From an uncultured Candidatus Saccharibacteria bacterium (GTDB lineage Bacteria; Patescibacteriota; Minisyncoccia; Phycocordibacterales; JAKAEA01): a stretch of 64,000 bases of DNA. The notes below the pieces were generated by a model. That model was not told the DNA's origin, made no database searches, and saw only the letters and a program-made list of their open reading frames with translations. The position numbers were made by a program, and so were the translations under genes. Below, one piece after another: positions 1 to 9,645 of the stretch. Each line of letters begins with the position of its first letter. Position 1 is the stretch's first letter. The DNA is taken from positions 4,382-68,381 of the forward strand of contig CAZHGQ010000003.1 in assembly GCA_964532205.1 (NCBI GenBank), read 5' to 3'.

Positions 1-972
1 GTTCGTTTCCGCAACGATAAAGGCTGGGGTGCTATAACTCACTTTAAAGTGCAGATTGATACGGTTCCACCAAGTCCGTTTAAGGTGACGTTTGCACCAA
101 ATCCTCACGATGATCCAACACCGATTGCTGTCTTTAATGCTACTGATAGCTTGTCGGGCATTGATCATTATGAAGTCAAAATTGACAATGGGGCATATAG
201 CAAGGCAGTGCCAGACAATACTGTTCAGCATGGCTATGTGTTAGGCGAACTTGAGCCAGGTGATCACTCATTGTTAGTCAAAGCAATTGACTTGGCAGGT
301 AATGAGACAATTCAAAGTGCTCAATTTACAGTAACTTCGATTAATCCACCACAAATCACTCATTATCCATCTGAAATTACCGAAGACGATTTACTAAAAG
401 TTGAAGGTACTTCATACCCGCAATCATCAGTTGAAGTTGTTGTCGAGGATGCAAACGGCCGGATTCAAAATCAGTCAGCTACCACGCTTTCGAATGGCAG
501 TTTTGCTGTAACCTGGGCTAAAAATTTAAATCGTGGCGCCTACACTCTTAAAGCTCGGGCAATTGATAGTCGAGGTGCCAAGAGTGTCTACACAAAACCG
601 GTTACCATTGTCGTGAAGCGCTCAGCACTTTCAAGTACTGGTCTGTTTGTCCTTAATTGGCTCTCTCTGATCTTTATTATTCTTCTGGCGCTTGGTGGTC
701 TGGTTCTGATGATGTTATATTTTGTATATAAGATTAAGAAAATGCGTCAGTCAGTTGATAAAAAAGTCCATAGCGCTGAACATTCTATGCACCATGCCTT
801 TAACTCACTTCGTGAAAATGTGGCAGACCAACTTAAGATTTTGGAAAAGGCACGCAATAAACGTGAATTGACTAAAGAGGAAGAAAAAATTCGCAAGACA
901 TTGCAGCAAAATCTCGATCGATCAGAAGCGTTCCTGGAGAAGCAATTATCAGAAATTGAAGATAGCATATAA
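1..972 (+). CDS. Partial (5' truncated by window edge) surface protein with Ig-like/BIG-type beta domains, a single C-terminal TM helix and a charged coiled-coil cytoplasmic tail
   Basis: The frame is open from nt 1 and the first annotated codon is GTG, so the true start is upstream. Paired motifs of the form GxDHYEVKIDNG followed by LxAxDxAGN are typical of Ig-like surface domains. A hydrophobic stretch LFVLNWLSLIFIILLALGGLVLMMLYFV is followed by a K/E-rich coiled coil. Confidence 0.5.
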   Translation, partial: VRFRNDKGWGAITHFKVQIDTVPPSPFKVTFAPNPHDDPTPIAVFNATDSLSGIDHYEVKIDNGAYSKAVPDNTVQHGYVLGELEPGDHSLLVKAIDLAGNETIQSAQFTVTSINPPQITHYPSEITEDDLLKVEGTSYPQSSVEVVVEDANGRIQNQSATTLSNGSFAVTWAKNLNRGAYTLKARAIDSRGAKSVYTKPVTIVVKRSALSSTGLFVLNWLSLIFIILLALGGLVLMMLYFVYKIKKMRQSVDKKVHSAEHSMHHAFNSLRENVADQLKILEKARNKRELTKEEEKIRKTLQQNLDRSEAFLEKQLSEIEDSI

Positions 973-975
973 TAC

Positions 976-1683
976 ATGAAACGTTTTACAGTTTTTGAAA
1001 CACTCATCGTCAGTTTACTTGTGGGTATTGTGGCTGCGGCGTACGTCGTTTTCCTCAAAGGTAACAATGCTTTTATCGGTTCGTTCCTTAGCTCAGCGAC
1101 ATTGTTGCCACTACTTCACTTGATTACGATCCCTGGTATTAATGAACTTGTCCTGACATTTATTTTTGTGATTATGGTATTTTTGGTTTACGGTTTAGTT
1201 GTATACGGACTTATTGCTTTGGGTAATAAAACTGCAATCACAGCCATGGTCATAATTTTTGCAGCTGTGTGTGGCATTGCTATTCAGCAGTACTACTATC
1301 CTCAAGAAGTTACTAGGCTCGACGATATTAATCCCGCCGCTTCAATAATGGTTGTCTCGCGGTCGCACACGCCTGAGCAGTATTTTGGTCAAGAAGCTCG
1401 CGGTGATCTCAATGGCGACAGTAAAGATGATGTAGCTTTTCTTATTCCACGTTTTGATGACGAAACAAACTCCACGATTTACTATGTCTCTGCTGCACTA
1501 AAAGAGGGAAAGGGTTACACTGGTACAAACCTCTTATTTCTAGGCCTAAAATCAGTGCCGGTGGCAATAACTATTGAACATGCTACAGTAACTATTGATT
1601 ATCGTGATCTGCGTGATGAGGAATCTACGACAACGAAAAAATTTAATGCTCATCTCGTAAACGGTAAGCTTCAAGAGATATAA
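976..1683 (+). CDS. Membrane protein with N-terminal TM helices and a C-terminal extracytoplasmic domain carrying an FG-GAP-like DLNGDSKDD motif
   Basis: The ATG lies 4 nt after the upstream stop. There are three or four hydrophobic helices, followed by a DxNGDxxDD calcium-binding-like motif. Confidence 0.45.
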   Translation: MKRFTVFETLIVSLLVGIVAAAYVVFLKGNNAFIGSFLSSATLLPLLHLITIPGINELVLTFIFVIMVFLVYGLVVYGLIALGNKTAITAMVIIFAAVCGIAIQQYYYPQEVTRLDDINPAASIMVVSRSHTPEQYFGQEARGDLNGDSKDDVAFLIPRFDDETNSTIYYVSAALKEGKGYTGTNLLFLGLKSVPVAITIEHATVTIDYRDLRDEESTTTKKFNAHLVNGKLQEI

Positions 1684-1684
1684 T

Positions 1685-2221
1685 ATGAAACTTATTCGTG
1701 ATGTCGGCATTGTTGTTATTAGTATTTTTGTAGCGATCATTTTGGTTCGTCTGCAGATCCTTGATGCAATACTATCCGCCGCGCGTAGTATTCAAATCAT
1801 TGGAGTTTTTGTTTCGGGTCTATTTTTCACTTCGGCATTTACCACGCCGATATCCATGGTTGCTCTTGGTGAACTTTCTTTGACGATGCCCGTCTGGACT
1901 GTGGCTGTCATTGGTGCGTTCGGGGCAGTGATCGGAGATCTTATTATTTTTTCTTTTATTCGCGATACCTTGCAAGAGGACTTGGTAGAATATTTGAAAA
2001 TTCACCCACATCATAAAATCCAGCACTTTTTCCGCCGCCGTATGTTTCGTTGGTTGACTCCATGTATCGGTGCCTTAATCATTGCCTCACCGTTGCCGGA
2101 TGAATTGGGTTTGGCTCTGATGGGTATGTCACGCATGAAGCGCCGTGACCTTATTGTTATTTCTTTCCTATTTAACTTTTTCGGTATCTTACTTATTGCT
2201 AGCCTAGCCCGAGCACTTTAG
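1685..2221 (+). CDS. Small polytopic membrane protein (uncharacterised family)
   Basis: Translationally coupled: the ATG is 2 nt after the previous stop. The 178 aa contain 4-5 hydrophobic helices. Confidence 0.5.
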   Translation: MKLIRDVGIVVISIFVAIILVRLQILDAILSAARSIQIIGVFVSGLFFTSAFTTPISMVALGELSLTMPVWTVAVIGAFGAVIGDLIIFSFIRDTLQEDLVEYLKIHPHHKIQHFFRRRMFRWLTPCIGALIIASPLPDELGLALMGMSRMKRRDLIVISFLFNFFGILLIASLARAL

Positions 2222-2292
2222 TTTTATTTTCTTTTTATCAGATATTCATCTCCAGTAGGGTATTCTGATTTCAGTTTTTTAAAGGAGAACCA

Positions 2293-2949
2293 ATGAAGGT
2301 TTGGTGTATTGTTCTTTTGATAGCTCTACCTGCGTCTGGTGACGGTGATATTATCACTGATCATTTAACACTGACGTACTCAGCTGATTCGTCTCGGGCA
2401 GTTGGGTATATTACCACTGATTATGTCATCACAAGTGTGGTGGCAGTGACCAGTTTCAATCAGCGTCACTGGGGTTTGCAATGGATTATTTCAGGTCAAT
2501 GTGAATTGGGAGTTTGTGGTGAGACTGAATCATGGCAACAGTATTCCACTGGCGATTTCAGTGTGGTGCAAACATACGGCACATTTCAGCATCCTTATAC
2601 CACAAATCAGGCATATTGGTTGGCTGAGTTTTCCTCCTCAGCCATTATCCAATCGTCCAGTTGGTTTGTGCTCGAAAAAGTTGAAGATTCGGATATGTAT
2701 GAATATAACGCTAGTGTATATGTAGAGGGAATTGTGCCGGAACCCGATTTGCTTTGGTTGTCGATAACACTTTTATTAAAAAGGAGAGTCCGCAAAACAC
2801 CCGTAAGGGTGTTTCTTTTTGCGAACAATACCGGCCCTAAAGTATATCCAATATGTGGGTGCCCAAAGCAGTTCCAGCTGAACGTCACGGCACGCCGGAC
2901 ACTCATTAGGAAACTAACAATATGGTGCTCCCGTGTAAAAGGGGTATAA
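2293..2949 (+). CDS. Secreted hypothetical protein; the 3' extent is uncertain
   Basis: An AGGAG RBS precedes the ATG and the N-terminus looks like a signal peptide. A motif VPEPD-LLWLSITLLL-KRRVRK is followed immediately by an intrinsic-terminator-like hairpin that lies inside the annotated ORF. Confidence 0.4.
   Translation: MKVWCIVLLIALPASGDGDIITDHLTLTYSADSSRAVGYITTDYVITSVVAVTSFNQRHWGLQWIISGQCELGVCGETESWQQYSTGDFSVVQTYGTFQHPYTTNQAYWLAEFSSSAIIQSSSWFVLEKVEDSDMYEYNASVYVEGIVPEPDLLWLSITLLLKRRVRKTPVRVFLFANNTGPKVYPICGCPKQFQLNVTARRTLIRKLTIWCSRVKGV
2795..2820 (+). terminator. Hairpin AAACACCC-GTAA-GGGTGTTT followed by CTTTTT, an intrinsic-terminator-like structure that sits inside ORF 2293..2949
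   Basis: An 8-bp perfect stem with a GNRA-like loop and a T-run was read directly from the sequence. Confidence 0.4.
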
Positions 2950-3021
2950 CAGGGGTGATATTGCTACTTATTATAAGTGGCAGGAAGGTAAAATTGTTAC
3001 ACCTGTATTAAAATAAGGTAT

Positions 3022-4050
3022 ATGAAAAAACTACACATGGTCTTAGCAGTTGTAACTGCTTTCGTCGTCCCGGTTTTTGTTTCAGCTCATGAAGTTTATG
3101 TTTTATCAAAAGAAAAAGTGGCCCAAGGATTACGATTAACTGGTTTTGATGTAATTGACCATTTACATAATCCGGAACACTTACAGTTTTTTATTACAGC
3201 AGCTCTAACGGTTTTGTGCGGTGTGATAATTTGGTTTTTTGTGCAGCGAACAGAAATTGTTAGAAATGTTGCTGCTTGGCTCGAACGTTTTTCGAGTGTC
3301 GGTAAAGTTTGTTTGCGATTGGCGGTAGCGACATCTTTTTTTCTGTCCGCATGGTCGGGTTCATTTCTTGGGCCGGAATTATCACTGTCTGCTTTGCCAT
3401 ATGCAAACGTGGTGAAAATTTTGATGTATGGATCCTCACTTATGATCGCCCTCGGTCTGTGTACTGAAATTGCCGCCATGGTCTGTCTGGTTGTATTTAC
3501 AGTTGGGTACACAGTGTTTGGTTTGTATCTTACAACCTATATCAGTTATGTAGGTGAGCTCCTTGTACTATTATTTATTGGGAGTCGCACAGTGTCACTC
3601 GATCGTTTGTTTTTCGGTGCCAATCAAAAATTTAAGGCTTTGGAAAAGTACGAAGGTATTCTGGTAAGAGTTTTTTATGCAACTGCGCTTATCTTCACCG
3701 CTATTACGGTGAAGTTTATGCATCCGCACCTGACTCTCGACGTGGTCAATGAGTATCAGCTGACCCAGTTTTGGTTACTGTTTCCAAATGATCCAGTCAT
3801 GATAGTAATTGGTGCTGCATTTGTTGAATTGGGAATCGGCCTCTTTGTTTTATTAGGCTTCGAACTTCGTTTGACGGTGTTAATTAGCCTCTTTTATTTA
3901 ACACTCTCACTCGTATTTTTCAAGGAATCGGTTTGGCCACACGCGATTCTGTTCGGTGCTTCGATATTTCTCTTAACTAATCCAAACAGAAATTCACTCG
4001 ATTCACTAGCTCATAGCGAACGAATTGTTCCGGCAGAGGGACAGTTTTAA
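3022..4050 (+). CDS. Polytopic integral membrane protein with an N-terminal signal-like helix
   Basis: The 342 aa contain about 8 hydrophobic segments. No catalytic motif was recognised. Confidence 0.45.
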   Translation: MKKLHMVLAVVTAFVVPVFVSAHEVYVLSKEKVAQGLRLTGFDVIDHLHNPEHLQFFITAALTVLCGVIIWFFVQRTEIVRNVAAWLERFSSVGKVCLRLAVATSFFLSAWSGSFLGPELSLSALPYANVVKILMYGSSLMIALGLCTEIAAMVCLVVFTVGYTVFGLYLTTYISYVGELLVLLFIGSRTVSLDRLFFGANQKFKALEKYEGILVRVFYATALIFTAITVKFMHPHLTLDVVNEYQLTQFWLLFPNDPVMIVIGAAFVELGIGLFVLLGFELRLTVLISLFYLTLSLVFFKESVWPHAILFGASIFLLTNPNRNSLDSLAHSERIVPAEGQF

Positions 4051-4709
4051 TTGTGCTCTTTGCGATAGAGCGCGTATGAATACAAGACCGAAATAATAGC
4101 GGCTAGAATTGTTGCACCAATTAAAACAACAAAACTTATAAAAGGTGTAAGCAGACATGACAGAATGATGAGAATACCAGCGACGGTAAAGAGTGTGCCG
4201 CCAAGCTTATGAGTCTTGTTCCAAACATTTTCAGAAGACAATGTCCACGGAGTTCGTATGCCAAAGAAAAAGTTTTTCTTAAGACCACTCAAACTAATAC
4301 CAATTACTATATATAAGATACCCAAAGCAATCGGTACGATTTTTTCTACGGCGATCGGATAGCCGAGGTTGGCAAACGACATTACAAAGTAGAGAAAACC
4401 AAGCAGAGCAATGATTGCCAACTTGATTAGGTGATAGGCTTTACCGAATTCTGCGTAGCGATTGCGATGCGGATCGATAATTGGCAGGAACAGAAACAGG
4501 AAGTAGGCGATAAGCATGATAATCGGCAAGCCAAATACCCCGAATTCTCTTGATGAATAACCGTCAGGTTGACCCTGAATGTTCCAATGACTTACAACCA
4601 AAAGCGGTAAGTATTGATAAAACACAAAACCAGCAAGGATACAGAGGACCACAATAGCGAGAGTAAGATACTCAAGTGGTCGATTGAGTTTAAATGGGTA
4701 GTTTTTCAT
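4047..4709 (-). CDS. SdpI/YhfL-family membrane protein (DUF1648-like)
   Basis: The motif GIRTPWTLSSENVWNKTHKLGG matches the conserved SdpI-family core. There are multiple TM helices. Confidence 0.6.
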   Translation of the reverse strand: MKNYPFKLNRPLEYLTLAIVVLCILAGFVFYQYLPLLVVSHWNIQGQPDGYSSREFGVFGLPIIMLIAYFLFLFLPIIDPHRNRYAEFGKAYHLIKLAIIALLGFLYFVMSFANLGYPIAVEKIVPIALGILYIVIGISLSGLKKNFFFGIRTPWTLSSENVWNKTHKLGGTLFTVAGILIILSCLLTPFISFVVLIGATILAAIISVLYSYALYRKEHN

Positions 4710-4791
4710 GTTTAAATTGTACGTCGTATAAATGTTAATGTCAAATTATTACGTGTAAGTAATTACTGAACTGAGCCGTCAAGGATAGGGT

Positions 4792-5166
4792 ATGGCATTA
4801 AGTACAAGTTTAAAAAAATATCAATCACAGATTCACATACCGTATTCAATAACTATTCCGCAGTTATTTCGAAGTGATGCTTATGCAACCAGCGCCATCA
4901 TACTGACGGCCATCTTCGGTATCTTTGTCGTTTTTTCTTTTGTCACAAGTGTGGTGGCATTTAAATTTGTTGCCCTCTTTTTGTTTTTGGTTCCGGCTGC
5001 AGCGTTCGTTTGTGCTGTCATTAGTATTAAAAAACATGCCATCGAAAGAAGTGTGGTTTTATCATATATTTCTTTGGTTATTACGACATTGTATTTCAGT
5101 ATGATTTTAGCTCTGCCAATCTTAGTACTCGGACTCTATATTATTTATAGCTATGTTTTAAGGTAG
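4792..5166 (+). CDS. Small membrane protein (3-4 TM), hypothetical
   Basis: An AAGGATAGGG RBS precedes the ATG. The protein is hydrophobic. Confidence 0.4.
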   Translation: MALSTSLKKYQSQIHIPYSITIPQLFRSDAYATSAIILTAIFGIFVVFSFVTSVVAFKFVALFLFLVPAAAFVCAVISIKKHAIERSVVLSYISLVITTLYFSMILALPILVLGLYIIYSYVLR

Positions 5167-5186
5167 GATGCTATACTATAGCCACA

Positions 5187-5858
5187 ATGTTCGCGTGGCT
5201 TAATCGATTTCGTACCAAAACTATTTATTTTGTCCGTCACGGAGAGACGGTGTTAAATGCAGCAAAGATTCGTCAGGGCCCTGACGGTGCTTTGAGTGAA
5301 AAGGGACGACAGCAGGTCGAGGCGCAAGCAAAACGACTGGAAATTTATCCAATCGATATTATTTTGGTTAGTCCGTTTGAGCGGACACAGGAAACAGCGG
5401 CTATTATCAACAGTCATTTACATAAACCACTTGAACTCGCACCACTGTTGGTCGAGCGCCGTAATCCAACAGAAATAATTGGTCGCAGTTCGGATGATCC
5501 CGAAGTACGAGCAATTGTGGATAAAATTGATAAAAGTTTTCATGAAGGAGGTCTTCGTTACTCTGATGAAGAAAATTTCGAGGATTTGAAAAAACGTGCT
5601 CACGATCTGTTGGAGTTTTTAGCTCAGCGATCGGAACGTCGAATTCTGTGTGTGACACACGGCATCTTTTTAACAATGGTTATTGCCTATATGCAGTTTG
5701 GTGAAGCTCTGACTGCCAAAGATTTTGTTGAGTTACGATATATGAATCCGGCAAATAACGCTTCGATTACTGTGTGCACATACAATCCTCGTAATAAAAA
5801 ATATCACAATGGTTGGGCGCTTCGGGCTTGGAATGATTATGCTCGGCTGATTGGCTAA
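5187..5858 (+). CDS. Histidine phosphatase family protein (phosphoglycerate-mutase-like fold)
   Basis: The N-terminal motif is YFVRHGET (RHG). Downstream are SPFERTQETA and a CVTHG second His. Confidence 0.7.
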   Translation: MFAWLNRFRTKTIYFVRHGETVLNAAKIRQGPDGALSEKGRQQVEAQAKRLEIYPIDIILVSPFERTQETAAIINSHLHKPLELAPLLVERRNPTEIIGRSSDDPEVRAIVDKIDKSFHEGGLRYSDEENFEDLKKRAHDLLEFLAQRSERRILCVTHGIFLTMVIAYMQFGEALTAKDFVELRYMNPANNASITVCTYNPRNKKYHNGWALRAWNDYARLIG

Positions 5859-5876
5859 CGTGATATACTTTTAGGT

Positions 5877-6647
5877 ATGACAGCAGTACAGGCACTCATA
5901 CTCGGTATTGTTGAAGGCTTAACTGAATTTTTACCCATTTCTTCAACAGCCCATCTTGAAATCGCGACACGTGTTTTAGGTATTGTTGATTCTGACTTTG
6001 TAAAAAGTTTCATTATTATTATTCAACTCGGCGCAATTTTAGCTGTTTTGGTTTTATTTGGTCGCCGTTTGTGGAGCCGAACTGAATTATGGAAAAGGGT
6101 AGTGGTGGCATTTATACCAACCGGCGTGATTGGTTTTGTGTTGTATAAAATTATTAAACATGTGTTGCTTGGTAATTTGTATATTGTTGTTTTGACTCTC
6201 GGTATCGGCGGCATCATTATTATTTTGTTTGAATACTCATTACGGAATAACGTTGGTACGGAGACTGAACTTGAACATATGCCGTACCTGACTGCGTTTT
6301 TGATCGGTATGGCCCAGTCCTTGGCGGTGGTGCCGGGCGTTTCGCGTTCAGCTGCGACGATTATCGCCGGCCGGGCCTTCGGCCTCGGCCGGCGAGCCAT
6401 TGTTGAGTTTTCATTCTTATTAGCCGTACCAACCATGCTGGCGGCCACCGGTTACGATTTGTTAAAAAATCAAACTTCATTCACGAGTGATCAAAACGCC
6501 GTGTTGGTAATTGGTTTTGTGGCGGCCTTTGTCAGTGCTTTGCTGGCTATTAAATATTTCTTGCGACTGGTTGAAAGATATTCGTTTACAGGATTCGGTG
6601 TTTATAGAATACTATTAGCAATCATTCTTATTATCTTTCTTCTATGA
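5877..6647 (+). CDS. uppP: Undecaprenyl-diphosphatase
   Basis: The N-terminus LILGIVEGLTEFLPISSTAHL is the UppP/BacA signature. Further matches are the SRSA motif region and 8 TM helices. Confidence 0.9.
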   Translation: MTAVQALILGIVEGLTEFLPISSTAHLEIATRVLGIVDSDFVKSFIIIIQLGAILAVLVLFGRRLWSRTELWKRVVVAFIPTGVIGFVLYKIIKHVLLGNLYIVVLTLGIGGIIIILFEYSLRNNVGTETELEHMPYLTAFLIGMAQSLAVVPGVSRSAATIIAGRAFGLGRRAIVEFSFLLAVPTMLAATGYDLLKNQTSFTSDQNAVLVIGFVAAFVSALLAIKYFLRLVERYSFTGFGVYRILLAIILIIFLL

Positions 6648-7087
6648 GTAAAACAACAAAACTTTCGCTCATTTTATTGCGAGTTGCTGTCGGTTGGTAT
6701 TTTTTGTATGAGGGCATTAAGGCAATTTTGAATCCAAATTGGTCCATTGAACCTCTGCTTAAGGGCGCGCAATCATTTCCGAATTTTTATGGCGCCTTAC
6801 TTGATCCAGCATTCTTACCGTATGTAAGTTATATGGTCAAAGGAACGTTATTATTGATAGGTGCACTGATTGTCATTGGTATATTTGTTCGAGTAGCGGC
6901 TTTACTGGGTATGATAGTAGTACTGTTGTTTTATTACTTTCCACACTTTTCATTTCCGTACGCCAGTGGCACGCACTATATTGTGGATCAAGCACTAATT
7001 CTGTTTCTCATTCTGGTGTATTTGTTTTTTGCTCGCGCTGGTGAATATTTTGGTTTGGGAACACTGTTTAAATTTTCACGTTATTAA
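6644..7087 (+). CDS. DoxX-family membrane protein
   Basis: LRVAVGWYFLYEGIKAIL is a DoxX-like first helix. The protein has 4 TM helices and overlaps the uppP stop. Confidence 0.55.
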   Translation: MSKTTKLSLILLRVAVGWYFLYEGIKAILNPNWSIEPLLKGAQSFPNFYGALLDPAFLPYVSYMVKGTLLLIGALIVIGIFVRVAALLGMIVVLLFYYFPHFSFPYASGTHYIVDQALILFLILVYLFFARAGEYFGLGTLFKFSRY

Positions 7088-7090
7088 TAT

Positions 7091-7936
7091 ATGAAAACAT
7101 GGCGCCATATCAAACGGATCTTAATTGATACGGCTTTGCATTGGTGGCGCCATGCACCGTCACAGATGGGAGCGGCGACAGCTTACTATGCCTTGTTTTC
7201 GATTGCTCCGCTGTTGTTTTTGGTCATGACCGTGGCCGGCATCTTAATTGGACGGGCTAATGTTGAACATTCACTATTTATTTCTGTTTCCCAGGTTGTG
7301 GGGCCTGGGCCGGCTGGCTTGATGCGGGAATTAGTCCGGGAAGTCTCTCGACCAAGTGTCACAAGTATTGGTGGTATTGTTGGAACCGCAGTATTGCTCA
7401 TTGGTGCTCTAGGGTTACTGAGTCAAATCCAATGGTCACTTGAACATTTATGGGGTCATGAACGAGGTCGGTTTCATTTTCTGACATTTATTAAAAAGAA
7501 ATTCATTGCTTTGGTGACCATTATTGTTTTAGGAATTGTTCTAGCATTATCACTTATAATAAATATTTCCTTTGCTGTTTTAGCCCCACTGTTGACACGG
7601 CTCCATGTTATAGGTTTTGTACCAATGACGACTGCTGTAGCTTCCTTTTTGATTGCTGTTTGTGTATTTATTTTGATCTTTAGATATTTGCCCCAAGTAA
7701 CGCTGCACTGGGGTGCTGTCTTAGCCGGTGCGTTATTTACTGGCATTATTTTTAGTTTTGGTAAATTAGCAATTGCGTATTACCTGAGTCACACTTCACT
7801 AGTCACTTCGTTTGGGGCATTTGGGGCAATTGTGGTTTTAATTGTGTGGGTGTATTATTCAGCCCAAGCTTTTTTCTTCGGAGCTGCTTTCGCTTATGTT
7901 ATTGATCGAAAGATTCGTTCCGGCATGATACGATAA
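7091..7936 (+). CDS. YihY/BrkB (virulence factor BrkB / RNase BN-like) family membrane protein
   Basis: The motif AATAYYALFSIAPLLFLV and 6 TM helices are typical of the YihY family. Confidence 0.7.
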   Translation: MKTWRHIKRILIDTALHWWRHAPSQMGAATAYYALFSIAPLLFLVMTVAGILIGRANVEHSLFISVSQVVGPGPAGLMRELVREVSRPSVTSIGGIVGTAVLLIGALGLLSQIQWSLEHLWGHERGRFHFLTFIKKKFIALVTIIVLGIVLALSLIINISFAVLAPLLTRLHVIGFVPMTTAVASFLIAVCVFILIFRYLPQVTLHWGAVLAGALFTGIIFSFGKLAIAYYLSHTSLVTSFGAFGAIVVLIVWVYYSAQAFFFGAAFAYVIDRKIRSGMIR

Positions 7937-7940
7937 TCAT

Positions 7941-8375
7941 ATGCCAATTCCGAAACCAAAGGATGATACCTGGATAGATCGCGTTGTAATTGCCTGCGGC
8001 GTACTTGTGGCTATTGCCATTTTGTATGGTTTATCTCAAACAGTACAACCTTTTTTGAGTGATCGGGGTGCACCAAAGGGAGCTATGCCAGCCTGCGATA
8101 ATTGTCTAACATTGAAGGATACTAATACCTCAATCGTCATGGCTGTAGGTGAAGAGCGGGAGCTTATTTTACCAAAGACTTATTTTAATCAGGATGGATT
8201 TACAGTTTTATCGAGTGCAGAGGGTGGGGTAGGACACCGTTTTGATAATTCCAGAAACACTCCAGACTATTGGGCAGTTATAATTCAGGGTTTAAAACCA
8301 GGTTTGGCCGATGTTATTGTCCGAAGTAATATTCAGACCGTGTCGGATTTTCACCTAAGTCTTACAATCCAATAA
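7941..8375 (+). CDS. Membrane-anchored hypothetical protein
   Basis: There is an N-terminal TM helix, with no recognisable domain after it. Confidence 0.4.
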   Translation: MPIPKPKDDTWIDRVVIACGVLVAIAILYGLSQTVQPFLSDRGAPKGAMPACDNCLTLKDTNTSIVMAVGEERELILPKTYFNQDGFTVLSSAEGGVGHRFDNSRNTPDYWAVIIQGLKPGLADVIVRSNIQTVSDFHLSLTIQ

Positions 8376-8376
8376 C

Positions 8377-9225
8377 ATGAATACCAATCGTAATATTGTG
8401 TTGCTGATTGTGCTGATTGTAGCCGCGGCTTTGATCTATGTATTTTATCCGGTGATTTCTTCAGCGGTCTCCGGTTTTTTGGGTTCTTCACGCATAGCTT
8501 TGCGTCAGGAAATTTTTTCGACACCTCTTAAGAGTTCGGAAAACAACGAACATGCTCAGCTTGAAGCAGCGGCGGTTATAGTTTTAACAAACGCTGAGCG
8601 AGCACACGCTGGGGGTAATGAATTGACCGAGAATGAAGAGTTAAATGCGGCGGCGGCGGCCAAGCTTCAGGACATGTTCGACCAACAGTATTTTGAGCAC
8701 ATTTCACCGCAAGGTCGCGGACCGGGCGCTGTAGCCGCCGCCGCCGGTTACAACTACCTCGTGGTTGGTGAAAATCTGGCTCTCGGTAATTTTAAAGACA
8801 ATGTGTCACTTGTGTCAGCCTGGATGGCTAGTCCTGGTCACCGAGAAAATATTCTCAATGCCAAATTTACACAGATCGGAGTGGCCGTGGGACAGGGTAT
8901 GTTCCAAGGTAAAAAAACATGGTTAGCTGTCCAAGAATTTGGTAAGCCGGCTAGTGATTGTCCGGAAATAGAGGTCAGTCTAAAAAATCAAATTGATCTT
9001 GATAAGCAAAATATTGCCGCTATTGAAAAAAGTTTGCAAAACAAAAAAGCCGAACTTGATTCTACGCCCAAAAACTCACAGCAAGAACAGGAGGTCTATA
9101 ATCAAAAAGTGAATGAATATAATGGTTTGGTGGGCGAGTACAATGCGCTTCAGAAAAAAATTCAGCAAGAGGTTAATGAGTATAATGCCCAGGTCCGTGC
9201 ATTCAATTCTTGTCTAAAGGCTTAA
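8377..9225 (+). CDS. CAP/SCP (PR-1-like) domain secreted protein with a C-terminal coiled-coil extension
   Basis: There is a signal-anchor followed by the motif HRENILNAKFTQIGVAV, typical of the CAP domain. The tail is Q/E/N-rich and looks like a coiled coil. Confidence 0.6.
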   Translation: MNTNRNIVLLIVLIVAAALIYVFYPVISSAVSGFLGSSRIALRQEIFSTPLKSSENNEHAQLEAAAVIVLTNAERAHAGGNELTENEELNAAAAAKLQDMFDQQYFEHISPQGRGPGAVAAAAGYNYLVVGENLALGNFKDNVSLVSAWMASPGHRENILNAKFTQIGVAVGQGMFQGKKTWLAVQEFGKPASDCPEIEVSLKNQIDLDKQNIAAIEKSLQNKKAELDSTPKNSQQEQEVYNQKVNEYNGLVGEYNALQKKIQQEVNEYNAQVRAFNSCLKA

Positions 9226-9245
9226 ATCCGGTAGAATACGATATT

Positions 9246-9644
9246 ATGGAAAATAAATTTGTCTTTGCATTTATTGGCGGTCTCATCGTCCTGATTGCGG
9301 CTATTGGTATCATTAATTTTATTTCTCAAGACAAGCAGGGAGGTAAGGAACTCATCCCTTTTGCTCAGTGTCTCAAACAAAAAGGCGTTGTCTTTTATGG
9401 CGCTTTTTGGTGTCCACATTGTCAGGCAACTAAAGTCATGTTCGGTGCGGCAAAATCGGAGTTGCCATATGTTGAATGTTCAACACCTGACGGTAAAGAC
9501 CAGACACAAATTTGTAAAGATAAAAGTGTGGCAGAATATCCGACTTGGATTTTTCCCGACGGCACTCGTTTAACAGGGGAGCAAACATTACAATCGTTGT
9601 CAGAGAAATCAGGTTGCGTATTACCAACAGCAACAACCACATAA
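9246..9644 (+). CDS. Thioredoxin-fold protein (BdbD/DsbA-like or VKOR-associated Trx), membrane anchored
   Basis: A CPHC active-site motif sits in the context FYGAFWCPHCQ. There is an N-terminal TM helix. The start was chosen at the ATG after the upstream stop. Confidence 0.65.
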   Translation: MENKFVFAFIGGLIVLIAAIGIINFISQDKQGGKELIPFAQCLKQKGVVFYGAFWCPHCQATKVMFGAAKSELPYVECSTPDGKDQTQICKDKSVAEYPTWIFPDGTRLTGEQTLQSLSEKSGCVLPTATTT

Positions 9645-9645
9645 T

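Noticed and set aside
2740-2830. Bona fide PEP-CTERM or LPXTG sorting signal
   Set aside because: The hydrophobic segment is only about 10 residues and no sortase or exosortase is visible in the window. It was kept only as a low-interest note.
2501-2906. Nested ORFs 2501..2725 (+) and 2607..2906 (-) inside 2293..2949
   Set aside because: They overlap a better-supported signal-peptide-bearing ORF, have no RBS, and are rich in unusual residues. They are likely non-coding frames.
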